Part shown: in pieces, positions 1 to 7,871 of the stretch
Layout: every line of letters begins with the position of its first letter
Numbering within the stretch: position 1 is the first letter of the stretch
Assembly: GCA_037968515.1 (NCBI GenBank)
Contig: JBBKVQ010000273.1
Coordinates: forward strand, 1 to 59,214
Source: Bradymonadaceae bacterium
Lineage (GTDB): Bacteria; Myxococcota_A; Bradymonadia; Bradymonadales; Bradymonadaceae
Direction: 5' to 3'
Length of the DNA: 59,214 nucleotides
Notes under the pieces: generated by a model
Told to the model about the DNA's origin: nothing
The model's database searches: none
What the model saw: only the letters and a program-made list of their open reading frames with translations
Translations under genes and position numbers: made by a program

Positions 1-93
1 AAGTAATTCGGTCGACCCTGCTTGCACCTCACCGCAAAATTCGTATCGTGCGCCCGAACAGGGCATTAAGCCCGTTGGAGCCCCGGAAATCTC

Positions 94-1188
94 ATGAGCG
101 TGTCTGCAGGAATCGTTGGGTTGCCCAACGTCGGAAAATCCACAACATTCAATGCATTGACCAATGCTGGCGCGGAATCGGCTAACTATCCATTCTGCAC
201 GATCGACCCGAACAAAGGTGTCATTCCGGTTCGAGACGCTCGGCTCAAGACGATCCAGACGTTTATTCAGACGCAACGAGTGATCCCCGCAGCGGTCGAT
301 ATCTGGGATATCGCTGGCTTGGTTCGTGGCGCGAGCAAGGGCGAAGGACGTGGCAACAAGTTCCTCGCCGATATCCGCGAAGTCGACGCCATTCTTCACG
401 TGGTGCGTTGTTTCGACAACGATCTCGTGACCCACGTTGATGGAAATATCGACCCGGTTCGTGATGTCGAGACGATCGACCTTGAGCTTGCATTGGCTGA
501 CCTTCAGTCGCTCGAAAAACGCATCGACAAAACCCGTCGCGCCGCCAAAAGTGGCGACAAAACGGAGCTTGCGAAGCTTGCCGTGCAAGAGAAACTTGCG
601 CTGGCGCTCAACGATGGGATTCCGGCACGAGCGGTCGAGTTGGATGAACAAGAGAAGGAGTCGATCCACGACGCTCATTTGTTGACGATCAAGCCTGTGC
701 TTTTTGTGGCCAACGTGGCTGACGACGATCTTGATGGCAACTCGCCTCACGTTAAAGCCCTGCGGGACTACGCGGAGTCGACGAATGCTCGACTTGTGCT
801 TATCTGTTCGACGATCGAGGCGGAGCTGGCGGAGCTCGAAGAAGACGAGCGAAACGAAATGCTTGAGGGATTGGGAATTGCTGAGCCTGCTCTCAACGTT
901 CTGATTCGTGCCACCTATGATTTGCTTGGACTGCAGAGCTACTTCACCGCCGGAGAACAAGAGGTTCGGGCTTGGACGATCCACAAGGGGTTCACAGCGC
1001 CGCAGGCTGCTGGCGTGATCCACACCGATTTCGAAAAACGCTTCATCAAGGCTGAGGTTTACACATTGGCAGACCTGGTCGAATACAAGAGCGAAGCCGG
1101 CATCAAAGCTGCTGGAAAACTGAGACTCGAAGGTAAAGAGTATATCGTCAAAGACGGCGACGTAATGCACTTCCGACACAACGCTTGA
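94..1188 (+). CDS. ychF: Ribosome-binding ATPase YchF (Obg-family P-loop NTPase)
   Basis: 364-aa ORF. It has the N-terminal P-loop '[15 protein letters not shown]', then a coiled-coil insert and a TGS-like C-terminus ('[12 protein letters not shown]'), which is the typical YchF/OLA1 length and architecture. Confidence 0.95.
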   Translation: MSVSAGIVGLPNVGKSTTFNALTNAGAESANYPFCTIDPNKGVIPVRDARLKTIQTFIQTQRVIPAAVDIWDIAGLVRGASKGEGRGNKFLADIREVDAILHVVRCFDNDLVTHVDGNIDPVRDVETIDLELALADLQSLEKRIDKTRRAAKSGDKTELAKLAVQEKLALALNDGIPARAVELDEQEKESIHDAHLLTIKPVLFVANVADDDLDGNSPHVKALRDYAESTNARLVLICSTIEAELAELEEDERNEMLEGLGIAEPALNVLIRATYDLLGLQSYFTAGEQEVRAWTIHKGFTAPQAAGVIHTDFEKRFIKAEVYTLADLVEYKSEAGIKAAGKLRLEGKEYIVKDGDVMHFRHNA

Positions 1189-1189
1189 T

Positions 1190-2011
1190 ATGATTGTTAA
1201 CCTAGCTTTTTACAAATTTGCAGAGCTCATCGACCCCGATGCGACCACAGTAGAACTTACAAATCTTTGCGAAGAGTGTGGGTTGATGGGGTCCATCATC
1301 GTTGCGAGCGAAGGGGTTAACGGCATGTTGGCTGGTACCCTGGAAGGAGCTGACCGGTTTTGCGAAGCCTTCCTTCAGATGCCCGGATTTGCTGGGACTC
1401 ACCTGAAGCGTTCGTACAGCGAAGACGTCCCGTTTAAAAAGCTGCGGGTACGCGTGAAGTCGGAAATTGTCGTCCTGCGAGCAGGTGACGTGGACGTGAA
1501 TCACACGGCGACCCATCTGGCGCCTGAAGATTTTCGCGACGCCTTCCGTGCTGGCGATGCGGTCGTGATCGACACCCGTAATGACTTTGAATTCCATGTC
1601 GGGACCTTCGAAGGATCCATCAACCCCAAGACTGCGGCCTTCAGTGAGTTCATTGAATTCCTTGAAGCACAAAGAGCAGAGTTGGAGGATAAGAAGCTCC
1701 TGATGTTCTGTACCGGTGGGATTCGCTGTGAGAAAGCCACCGCATGGATGCAGTTGAACGGCTTCGAGAACGTCTTCCAACTGGAAGGCGGCGTTTTGAA
1801 CTATTTTGAACGGGTGGAAGACGCCGAGAAAGACTGGAAGGGCGAACTTTTTGTGTTCGACCAACGAGTCGCGCTAAACACCAAACTTGAACAAACAGCA
1901 GCCCGCCGCTGCACGCATTGTGGCCTGCCGATTATTTCGGAAGAGTCCAGATTATGTAGCTGTGGACAGCCAGTTAACTCGGATCTGCATAACGCAGAAG
2001 CGGCAAGCTGA
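1190..2011 (+). CDS. trhO: Rhodanese-domain protein of the UPF0176/YceA family (tRNA U34 hydroxylase TrhO-like)
   Basis: 273-aa ORF whose ATG lies 1 nt after the ychF stop. A YceA-like N-domain is followed by a rhodanese fold with the active-site loop 'FCTGGIRCEKA' and a C-terminal CxxC...CxC tail. Confidence 0.85.
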   Translation: MIVNLAFYKFAELIDPDATTVELTNLCEECGLMGSIIVASEGVNGMLAGTLEGADRFCEAFLQMPGFAGTHLKRSYSEDVPFKKLRVRVKSEIVVLRAGDVDVNHTATHLAPEDFRDAFRAGDAVVIDTRNDFEFHVGTFEGSINPKTAAFSEFIEFLEAQRAELEDKKLLMFCTGGIRCEKATAWMQLNGFENVFQLEGGVLNYFERVEDAEKDWKGELFVFDQRVALNTKLEQTAARRCTHCGLPIISEESRLCSCGQPVNSDLHNAEAAS

Positions 2012-2043
2012 CACCCCAAACACCAGATGGTTACTAGGAACGC

Positions 2044-2829
2044 ATGAGGGTCAACGGAAATATACTCTTGAATATCGGACTTGGTCTGGCGGTCGCGTAT
2101 TGCGCGATCTTGGCCGTTTGGCTGGGCGTCGAATCAAGAACGGACCACGCCAGGGATGCTCAACCCGAAGCGTTTTCGGCCTACGTTGCTGTCGATGCGC
2201 CGACGGTGCTGCCTTCTGAGAGCGCACAGCCGCGCGAAGAAGTGGCCAAACCTGGACAGACCAAGAAGAACTCTCAAAAGCGTCAACCTGCTTTGAAAGC
2301 GGCGGTGCTGCAAATCGTGACGAACTTTGAAAAGGCAGATGTCACCATCAATGGCATCCCCTACCCGGAATATATCGAGCCAGGTCAGGAAGACGGAATC
2401 ATATTGCCCGCCGGCGGACCCTACGATGTACGCGTGACTTATTCGGGAAAAACGAAGGCCTATAATATCTACCTGCGTCCGTACGAGACGCGAATGCTCA
2501 TCGTCGAGTTGACCGGATTTCAAGGGGGCGGCACACCGCCACCGCCGGCAAAAGCGGCGCAAGCCAAAGCAGCTGAGCCCGAGAAAAAAGAAGAAACGGG
2601 CAAAGAGCCCGGCAAGGTGACGGTGTACTCGAAACCGGCCGGCACGATCATCGTCGATGGCGCAAAACAGGCTGAAAAAACTCCAGGCACTGTCGAGGTC
2701 GCGAACGGACGCCACGAGCTTCAGGTGGAGTACGAGGGCGGGAAGGTCTCGGAAAAGAAAATTGTGCGTGTCCGAGACGGATCTCGAATCAAGCTGTTCT
2801 TCCGCGAACGAACGGATGCCGCCGAATAA
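2044..2829 (+). CDS. Membrane-anchored PEGA-domain protein
   Basis: 261-aa ORF with an N-terminal hydrophobic helix and Pro/Ala/Lys/Glu-rich linkers. Two PEGA-like segments are present ('ADVTINGIPYPE', 'GTIIVDGAKQAEKTPGTVEVANGRHELQVEYEG'). Confidence 0.75.
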   Translation: MRVNGNILLNIGLGLAVAYCAILAVWLGVESRTDHARDAQPEAFSAYVAVDAPTVLPSESAQPREEVAKPGQTKKNSQKRQPALKAAVLQIVTNFEKADVTINGIPYPEYIEPGQEDGIILPAGGPYDVRVTYSGKTKAYNIYLRPYETRMLIVELTGFQGGGTPPPPAKAAQAKAAEPEKKEETGKEPGKVTVYSKPAGTIIVDGAKQAEKTPGTVEVANGRHELQVEYEGGKVSEKKIVRVRDGSRIKLFFRERTDAAE

Positions 2830-3297
2830 TCAGGCCATCTCACGGATCAGGCGATCCACGTGGCCTTTGGCTTTTACGTTGTCGTAATCAGCTTCGACCT
2901 TCCCAACAGCCCCTACAAAAAACGTCTAACGAACAAGACCGATGTAGGTTTTGCCGTAGTTCTGTTTTTCGCGCCAAACACCGAACGCCTCGGCCAATTT
3001 GTGCTCGGGATCCGCCAGTAGCGTGAAGCCAAGCTCGTGCTTGGCCCGAAACTTCTCGTGGGAGGTCACGCTGTCCGGCGAGACGCCCAAGATCCGGTAA
3101 CCCTTGGCCTCGAACGCTTTGAGGTTTGTGTTGAAGTCGCAGGCCTGCGTGGTGCAACCCGGTGTCATGTCTTTTGGATAGAAGTAGATGATGTACTTCG
3201 ACCCCAACAAGTCACGACTCGACACCGTTCCGTCGTCGTCGGACTCCGCCGAAAAACTCGGTGCACTTTCGCCTACTTTCCATTTTGGATCTGCCAT
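2830..3297 (-). pseudogene. bcp: Thioredoxin-dependent thiol peroxidase Bcp interrupted by one in-frame TAG (codon 124, nt 2926-2928)
   Basis: The ORF 2926..3297 encodes 'FYFYPKDMTPGCTTQACDF', which contains the peroxidatic and resolving Cys motif. It stops after 'GKTYIGLVR'. The same frame continues after the TAG as 'TFFVGAVGKVEADYDNVKAKGHVDRLIREMA' to a TGA at 2830-2832. Total length is 155 codons, collinear with the E. coli Bcp C-terminus '..GKTYDGIHRISFLIDADGKIE..'. Confidence 0.8.
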
Positions 3298-3360
3298 GTC
3301 GTCTCCGTTAATTAAGGTTCATCTGTGACGATGCCTTTAACGCAGTGATATGTGCAACGC

Positions 3361-5169
3361 CTAGTCCAAACCCTCGTAGAAGGCCTCGACCACGGCCGAA
3401 TAATGGTCGTTTACGACCTTTCTTTTGATTTTTTGGGTGGGTGTTAACTCACCATTTTCTACCGAAAAATCTTCTGGCAGGAGGCTGAATTTCTTGACGC
3501 TTTCGTAACGAGCCAGCGTGTCATTGATCCGTTGGGTATGCTCGGTCACATGGGCGAAAAAACGGTCATCGGCGGCAAGTTCCTTGAGGTCTTCGGGCCA
3601 GCCCCGCTCACGAGCAAGCTCCGGCGCACGAACCTCATCGAGGGTTAATAATGCCGTCAGGAACTTCCGGCGGTCTCCGATGACCACGGCCTGCGAAATT
3701 CCATCGATATTTCGAAGCAGCTTTTCGATGTTCTGGGGGGCCACGTTTTTGCCGCCCGCAGTGATGATAAGGTCTTTCTTACGGTCGGTGATGTACAGAA
3801 ACCCGTCGTCATCAAAGCGTCCGATATCACCCGAGTACAACCATCCATCTTTGAGGGTCTCCGCCGTGTCTACCGGGTTCTTGAAGTACCCTAGGAAGAC
3901 GTGACGTCCCTTCACAAGGATTTCTCCATCCTCAGCTATCTTGACCTCGGTCTGAGGAAATGCCAGCCCGACAGAGCCAATGCGGCGTTTACCAGGCTCT
4001 GGATAGTTGAACGTCGACGGACCAGAGCCTTCGGACTGTCCATAAACTTCGTGAATCGGGATGCCACAGGCCAAAAAGAACTCAAGCACGTCCTTCCCGA
4101 TGGGTGCCGCGCCAGAGACCGCTACCCGGAGTCGGTCCAGCCCCAATGCGGAACGAAGTTTGGAGGCGAACAGCTTCTCTGCGGCAGCGTGCTGCAGCTT
4201 CAACACAAAGGGCAAACCATCTTCGCCTTTTTCGAACACGATCATGCCCGCGTCGAACCCGGTCGTTTGAGCCCAACTCGCGATCTTAGCTTTGGCGCCT
4301 GTGACTTCGCGGAAGCGGCCCTCAAGAGCGGTTTTGAACTTCTCCCAGACCCGCGGCACGGCAAGGAAAACCGTCGGCCGAGCGATGACCATGGTGTCTT
4401 TGACCTTCGACATATCGTCGCAACACCACACCGGACATCCGCCTGTAATGGGCAGATGAAGTGAGAACATCTGCTCAGCAATATGGCTCAACGGAAGGTA
4501 CGAAACCACACAGTCTTCTGGCGTGACGTCGGTCAAGTCTTTGACCGCGCGAAGTGACGTGAAGGCCAGGTTGTCGTGGCTGAGCATCACGCCCTTGGGC
4601 GGCCCAGTGGTTCCGCTGGTATAAATCAAGGTCGCGAGTTGGTCCGATTTGATCCCTTCGATGCGTTTATCGACGGCTTTTTGCGCGCCACGGCCGGACT
4701 CCAAGAACTCCGAGAAGCCAATAACTTCGGGCATGTCGACCTTGTCGGCATCGTGGATCATGACCACTTTTTTCAGCGCTGGAAGCTCGTTCCAGCCTTT
4801 GTCGAGTTCCATCGCCTCGAAAGTTTTCAGGTCTTCAATGACCCAGACTACCGCCTCACAATGGCCGGCGATATAATGCGCCGAATCACGTGTGCTCGTC
4901 TGGTAGATGCCTGCGGGGCAGCCGCTCGCGACCATCGTGCCCACGTCGGCAATCAGCCATTCCGGGCTATTATTGCCCATGATTACTGTGCAGCCGCCTT
5001 CAGGGAAACCCAGCTCCAAGAGCGCACCAGCGAAGTTCCTAGCCCCATCCACGTACTCTGCCCACGTGTAGTTTTTCCACGTGCGCTGAACGTTGTACCA
5101 AATCGCTGGGCGATTCGGCTGAGTAAGGCCATGCTTTAGAAAGCGGTCGACAATTGTATCTCGAGCCAC
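3361..5169 (-). CDS. Long-chain acyl-CoA synthetase (AMP-forming, FadD-like)
   Basis: AMP-binding motifs 'YTSGTTGPPKGV', 'GWLYSGDIGRFDDDGFLYITDRKKD' and 'TPTQKIKRK' are present. The track ORF extends to 5298, but I place the start at GTG 5169, which is preceded by GAGGAG with 5-nt spacing. This removes an odd hydrophobic extension and the overlap with the divergent gene at 5284. Confidence 0.85.
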   Translation of the reverse strand: MARDTIVDRFLKHGLTQPNRPAIWYNVQRTWKNYTWAEYVDGARNFAGALLELGFPEGGCTVIMGNNSPEWLIADVGTMVASGCPAGIYQTSTRDSAHYIAGHCEAVVWVIEDLKTFEAMELDKGWNELPALKKVVMIHDADKVDMPEVIGFSEFLESGRGAQKAVDKRIEGIKSDQLATLIYTSGTTGPPKGVMLSHDNLAFTSLRAVKDLTDVTPEDCVVSYLPLSHIAEQMFSLHLPITGGCPVWCCDDMSKVKDTMVIARPTVFLAVPRVWEKFKTALEGRFREVTGAKAKIASWAQTTGFDAGMIVFEKGEDGLPFVLKLQHAAAEKLFASKLRSALGLDRLRVAVSGAAPIGKDVLEFFLACGIPIHEVYGQSEGSGPSTFNYPEPGKRRIGSVGLAFPQTEVKIAEDGEILVKGRHVFLGYFKNPVDTAETLKDGWLYSGDIGRFDDDGFLYITDRKKDLIITAGGKNVAPQNIEKLLRNIDGISQAVVIGDRRKFLTALLTLDEVRAPELARERGWPEDLKELAADDRFFAHVTEHTQRINDTLARYESVKKFSLLPEDFSVENGELTPTQKIKRKVVNDHYSAVVEAFYEGLD

Positions 5170-5283
5170 GTGGTCTCCTCGACGTAATTCGGCCCGCGAA
5201 TAAACCGCTGGACCAAAATTGGGGTGTAAGAACGCCCAAGAGCATAATATGAATGTGCTTTGCACGTATAGCGGAGGAATATT

Positions 5284-5646
5284 TTGATTCTTCATCATGT
5301 CGCGTTAGGAGCCCAAAATGTCGAACTTGTTGCCGATTTCTATTCGGGCATGCTTGGTATTCCAGAGGACCGGCGTCATATGGACGGAGACCTTGTGCGG
5401 TCTATTTGGCTGCGCATGGGTTCGACGATGTTGATGATCGAACGTTCTGTTGAACCGCCGCGACACGTCGAGGGCATCGGTTCGGGTCCATTCCTGCTGG
5501 CGTTGGCGGTGACCGCCGAAGAACGAGCGACACTTGAAGCCCGTCTGACGGCCGGCGGATTTCCCATCGAAAGCCGCAGCGAGTTTACCTCCTACATCCG
5601 AGACCCTGAGCAAAATCGGGTCGCGTTTTCGTGTTATTCTTTCTAG
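5284..5646 (+). CDS. VOC-family (glyoxalase/bleomycin-resistance/dioxygenase fold) protein
   Basis: 120-aa ORF with a TTG start 6 nt after GGAGG. The N-terminus 'ILHHVALGAQNVELVADFYSGMLG' is typical of VOC beta-alpha-beta-beta-beta modules. Confidence 0.7.
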   Translation: MILHHVALGAQNVELVADFYSGMLGIPEDRRHMDGDLVRSIWLRMGSTMLMIERSVEPPRHVEGIGSGPFLLALAVTAEERATLEARLTAGGFPIESRSEFTSYIRDPEQNRVAFSCYSF

Positions 5647-5712
5647 GCGGGCAAGAGGTGTGGACTCAGAGTCGCCACATCGTTAATCTACGCTGCCAGC
5701 AGTAAGGAAGTC

Positions 5713-7023
5713 ATGATGTCGAAGTTCTGGATATTGATTGTTATACTCGCGGTGGGGTGTTCCGCCTCAGACCCATCCGGGGAAAGAGACCCGATAAATA
5801 ATTCGAATAATATTTCGAATAATAATCAGACAACTCAGACCAATAACCAGACAGTTGGCGAGTCGAATAACGCCACAAATAACGCGACGAATAACGACTT
5901 TTTCCAGTGGCCGACCGCACTAACCACCTCTGGTGTGCGGTTCTCGGGCCCCATTTTGAGCCGGGAAACAGCGACAATTAAACTCACCGCGACGGCGGGT
6001 GATTTTGTCACGGTGAAATTCTCGAAGGCACAGGGTTCGTTGTGGGAACCGCGAATCAAGCTGTACCAGGGCACCGACCCTCAACCGGTCACCTATTCGG
6101 ATCCCGCAGGAACAGGCGACGCGGAACTCCCGCGTTCTGGCAGTGGCTCATTCGAGTTCTACGACACTGCGACTTACGATTTGGTGCTCGAAAACGGCGC
6201 GGATGCCGACGGCATCTTTTCGTTTGAGCTGGTATGTACTTCCGGGAGCTGCAAAGCAGCTGAAGGCGATATCGACAGCGACGGAAAATTGGATGAAGTC
6301 GATAATTGCCCTTACAGCCCAAATCCCGACCAAAAAGACACGAACCAAAATGGCAAGGGCGACGTCTGCGACGGCGGATCGGACCCTTGGGCTGCGCTGT
6401 CGAATAACGCGTTAGAAGAAGCTTTGCGCGAAACGCACGCGGGGCACGTTTCGCTGAACTATACCAAGGCGCGCGAGTATCTGTTTGGCTCAGTTGATAA
6501 TGTGGACGGCGTGGTTTCATGTGTCTACACGGACACCAAAGTCACCACATCGGGGATTCCGGACCAAACCCTCATGAATACTGAGCATACGTGGCCACAG
6601 TCATTGGGCGGCGACAACCAAGCCAAAGGCGACCTGCACCACCTTTTTGGGGTGACGCCTTCGGCCAATACGCAGCGATCGAATCTGTATTACGGAATTG
6701 TAACCGCTCCGACCTGGCAGGAAGGCGGTTCAAAGCGCGGCAAGAATGCCGCGGACGATGCAGTGTTCGAGCCTCGTGCACCCCATCGCGGGAATGCAGC
6801 ACGAGCGCTCTTTTACATCGCTGTGATGTACCGAAATAATAACTCCACCGGCGGCCGAATTGATATTCCGGACGGGGTAGAGTCGTTGCTTCGGCAATGG
6901 AATTTCGACGATCCCGTTGACGACACAGAACGGAGAAGAAATCAGGTTATTACGAATATTCAGAATAACCGGAATCCATTTGTCGACTATCCGAAACTCG
7001 TCGACCGAATCGACAATTTCTAA
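5713..7023 (+). CDS. Secreted lipoprotein endonuclease I family nuclease with a TSP3-type calcium-binding repeat
   Basis: Lipobox 'LAVGCS', then an Asn/Thr-rich tether and a beta-rich domain. TSP3-like 'DSDGKLDEVDNCPYSPNPDQKDTNQNGKGDVCD' follows. C-terminal endonuclease I motifs are 'EHTWPQS', 'DLHHLFG..ANTQRSN', 'RGNAARALFYIAVMY' and 'NRNPFVDYP'. Confidence 0.85.
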   Translation: MMSKFWILIVILAVGCSASDPSGERDPINNSNNISNNNQTTQTNNQTVGESNNATNNATNNDFFQWPTALTTSGVRFSGPILSRETATIKLTATAGDFVTVKFSKAQGSLWEPRIKLYQGTDPQPVTYSDPAGTGDAELPRSGSGSFEFYDTATYDLVLENGADADGIFSFELVCTSGSCKAAEGDIDSDGKLDEVDNCPYSPNPDQKDTNQNGKGDVCDGGSDPWAALSNNALEEALRETHAGHVSLNYTKAREYLFGSVDNVDGVVSCVYTDTKVTTSGIPDQTLMNTEHTWPQSLGGDNQAKGDLHHLFGVTPSANTQRSNLYYGIVTAPTWQEGGSKRGKNAADDAVFEPRAPHRGNAARALFYIAVMYRNNNSTGGRIDIPDGVESLLRQWNFDDPVDDTERRRNQVITNIQNNRNPFVDYPKLVDRIDNF

Positions 7024-7033
7024 CGATGCCGAT

Positions 7034-7222
7034 TCATTTTGTTTTTGTGGTCATTTCGGAACTCGGAATCTCGTGGTCAACTCCCGCTGCCGCTCCGAAA
7101 TAAGCCATGAAGGCAATCATTGCCCCCAATGCCAACAGACCGACCACCGCGAATACTGCCTTGCGACGACGGTCCGCTTCGAAGACACCCGCGAATTCAT
7201 CTTGGATTTCGTTCGTGCTCAT
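7034..7222 (-). CDS. Small single-pass membrane protein (hypothetical)
   Basis: 62-aa reading frame from ATG 7222, preceded by GGGAGG with 6-nt spacing, with one central hydrophobic helix 'AVFAVVGLLALGAMIAFMAYFGAAA'. The longer track ORF start at 7279 lacks an RBS. Confidence 0.45.
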   Translation of the reverse strand: MSTNEIQDEFAGVFEADRRRKAVFAVVGLLALGAMIAFMAYFGAAAGVDHEIPSSEMTTKTK

Positions 7223-7305
7223 AGCGTACCTCCCGATGGTGTTTGCTTGATCGCAACTTCCATCACCCCTACAACACACGATAAAAGCTTTTTATTTCAA
7301 GCCAC

Positions 7306-7719
7306 TTACTCGGAGGCCTTCGATTCTTCGATCCACGTGCAGGACTGAGCGTCGCCGTGGGCGCATCCTATGGCCGCAAACCGAGCCCCGAGCGTACTGT
7401 CCGAATGATTCGCCAGCCAGACACAGGAAACTGGATCGGAATAATTGCAGCTTACCTGCGACACCAATTCGACGATGTGTTGTGGGACATCCGAGCTTGC
7501 CGCCATCGTGACCGACAGCATAATGGCGCCCAGTAAATAAAATTTGTGGGGCGCATCGGCCAGCGCGGAAAAAAAGACCGTGCCCAGAAAAGCCGAGATA
7601 ATTGCTACAGTGCCGTCGAACCAAGCGTGGCCCGACGCTTCAGTAATCACCATGAATCCCATCACGACGGCGTGACCGGACGCGAAGGCTAGGAAAAAAT
7701 CCCTTCGTTGTGAGTTCAT
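7306..7719 (-). CDS. Hypothetical polytopic membrane protein with a Cys-rich C-terminal tail
   Basis: 137 aa from ATG 7719, with GAGG 7 nt upstream. It has three hydrophobic helices and then 'CNYSDPVSCVWLANHSD...GCAHGDAQSCTW'. Confidence 0.5.
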   Translation of the reverse strand: MNSQRRDFFLAFASGHAVVMGFMVITEASGHAWFDGTVAIISAFLGTVFFSALADAPHKFYLLGAIMLSVTMAASSDVPQHIVELVSQVSCNYSDPVSCVWLANHSDSTLGARFAAIGCAHGDAQSCTWIEESKASE

Positions 7720-7871
7720 GGTTTGACCTCGTTCTCTTAAATATGCGTTAAGAATGCGATAAACTGGCGAAAAATTCAAATAGCGACCGCCACCCACCAC
7801 CTACGTTTCTACGTCTGGCAGCCTATCCACCCCGCTGCTACACTCCGTACCATCTCGAAAAGGAGTTAGGA

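Noticed and set aside
2926-2928. Pyrrolysine or other programmed recoding of the bcp TAG
   Set aside because: This is not adopted as the primary explanation. The position is not functionally special in peroxiredoxins, no pyl genes or PYLIS-like context are visible in the window, and a nonsense mutation or sequencing error is simpler. It is kept as something to exclude by a whole-genome search.
5170-5298. N-terminal 43-codon extension of the acyl-CoA synthetase ORF ('MMKNQNIPPLYVQSTFILCSWAF...')
   Set aside because: The extension overlaps the divergent VOC gene start and its RBS and has no counterpart in FadD-like enzymes. An internal GTG at 5169 has a GAGGAG RBS.
7816-7831. Possible sigma54 (-24 TGGCA) or sigma32 promoter upstream of the HSP90-like gene
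   Set aside because: The -12 position reads 'ccac' instead of 'ttgc' at the required spacing. No CTTGAA/CCCCAT pair with correct spacing and no CIRCE element is present.
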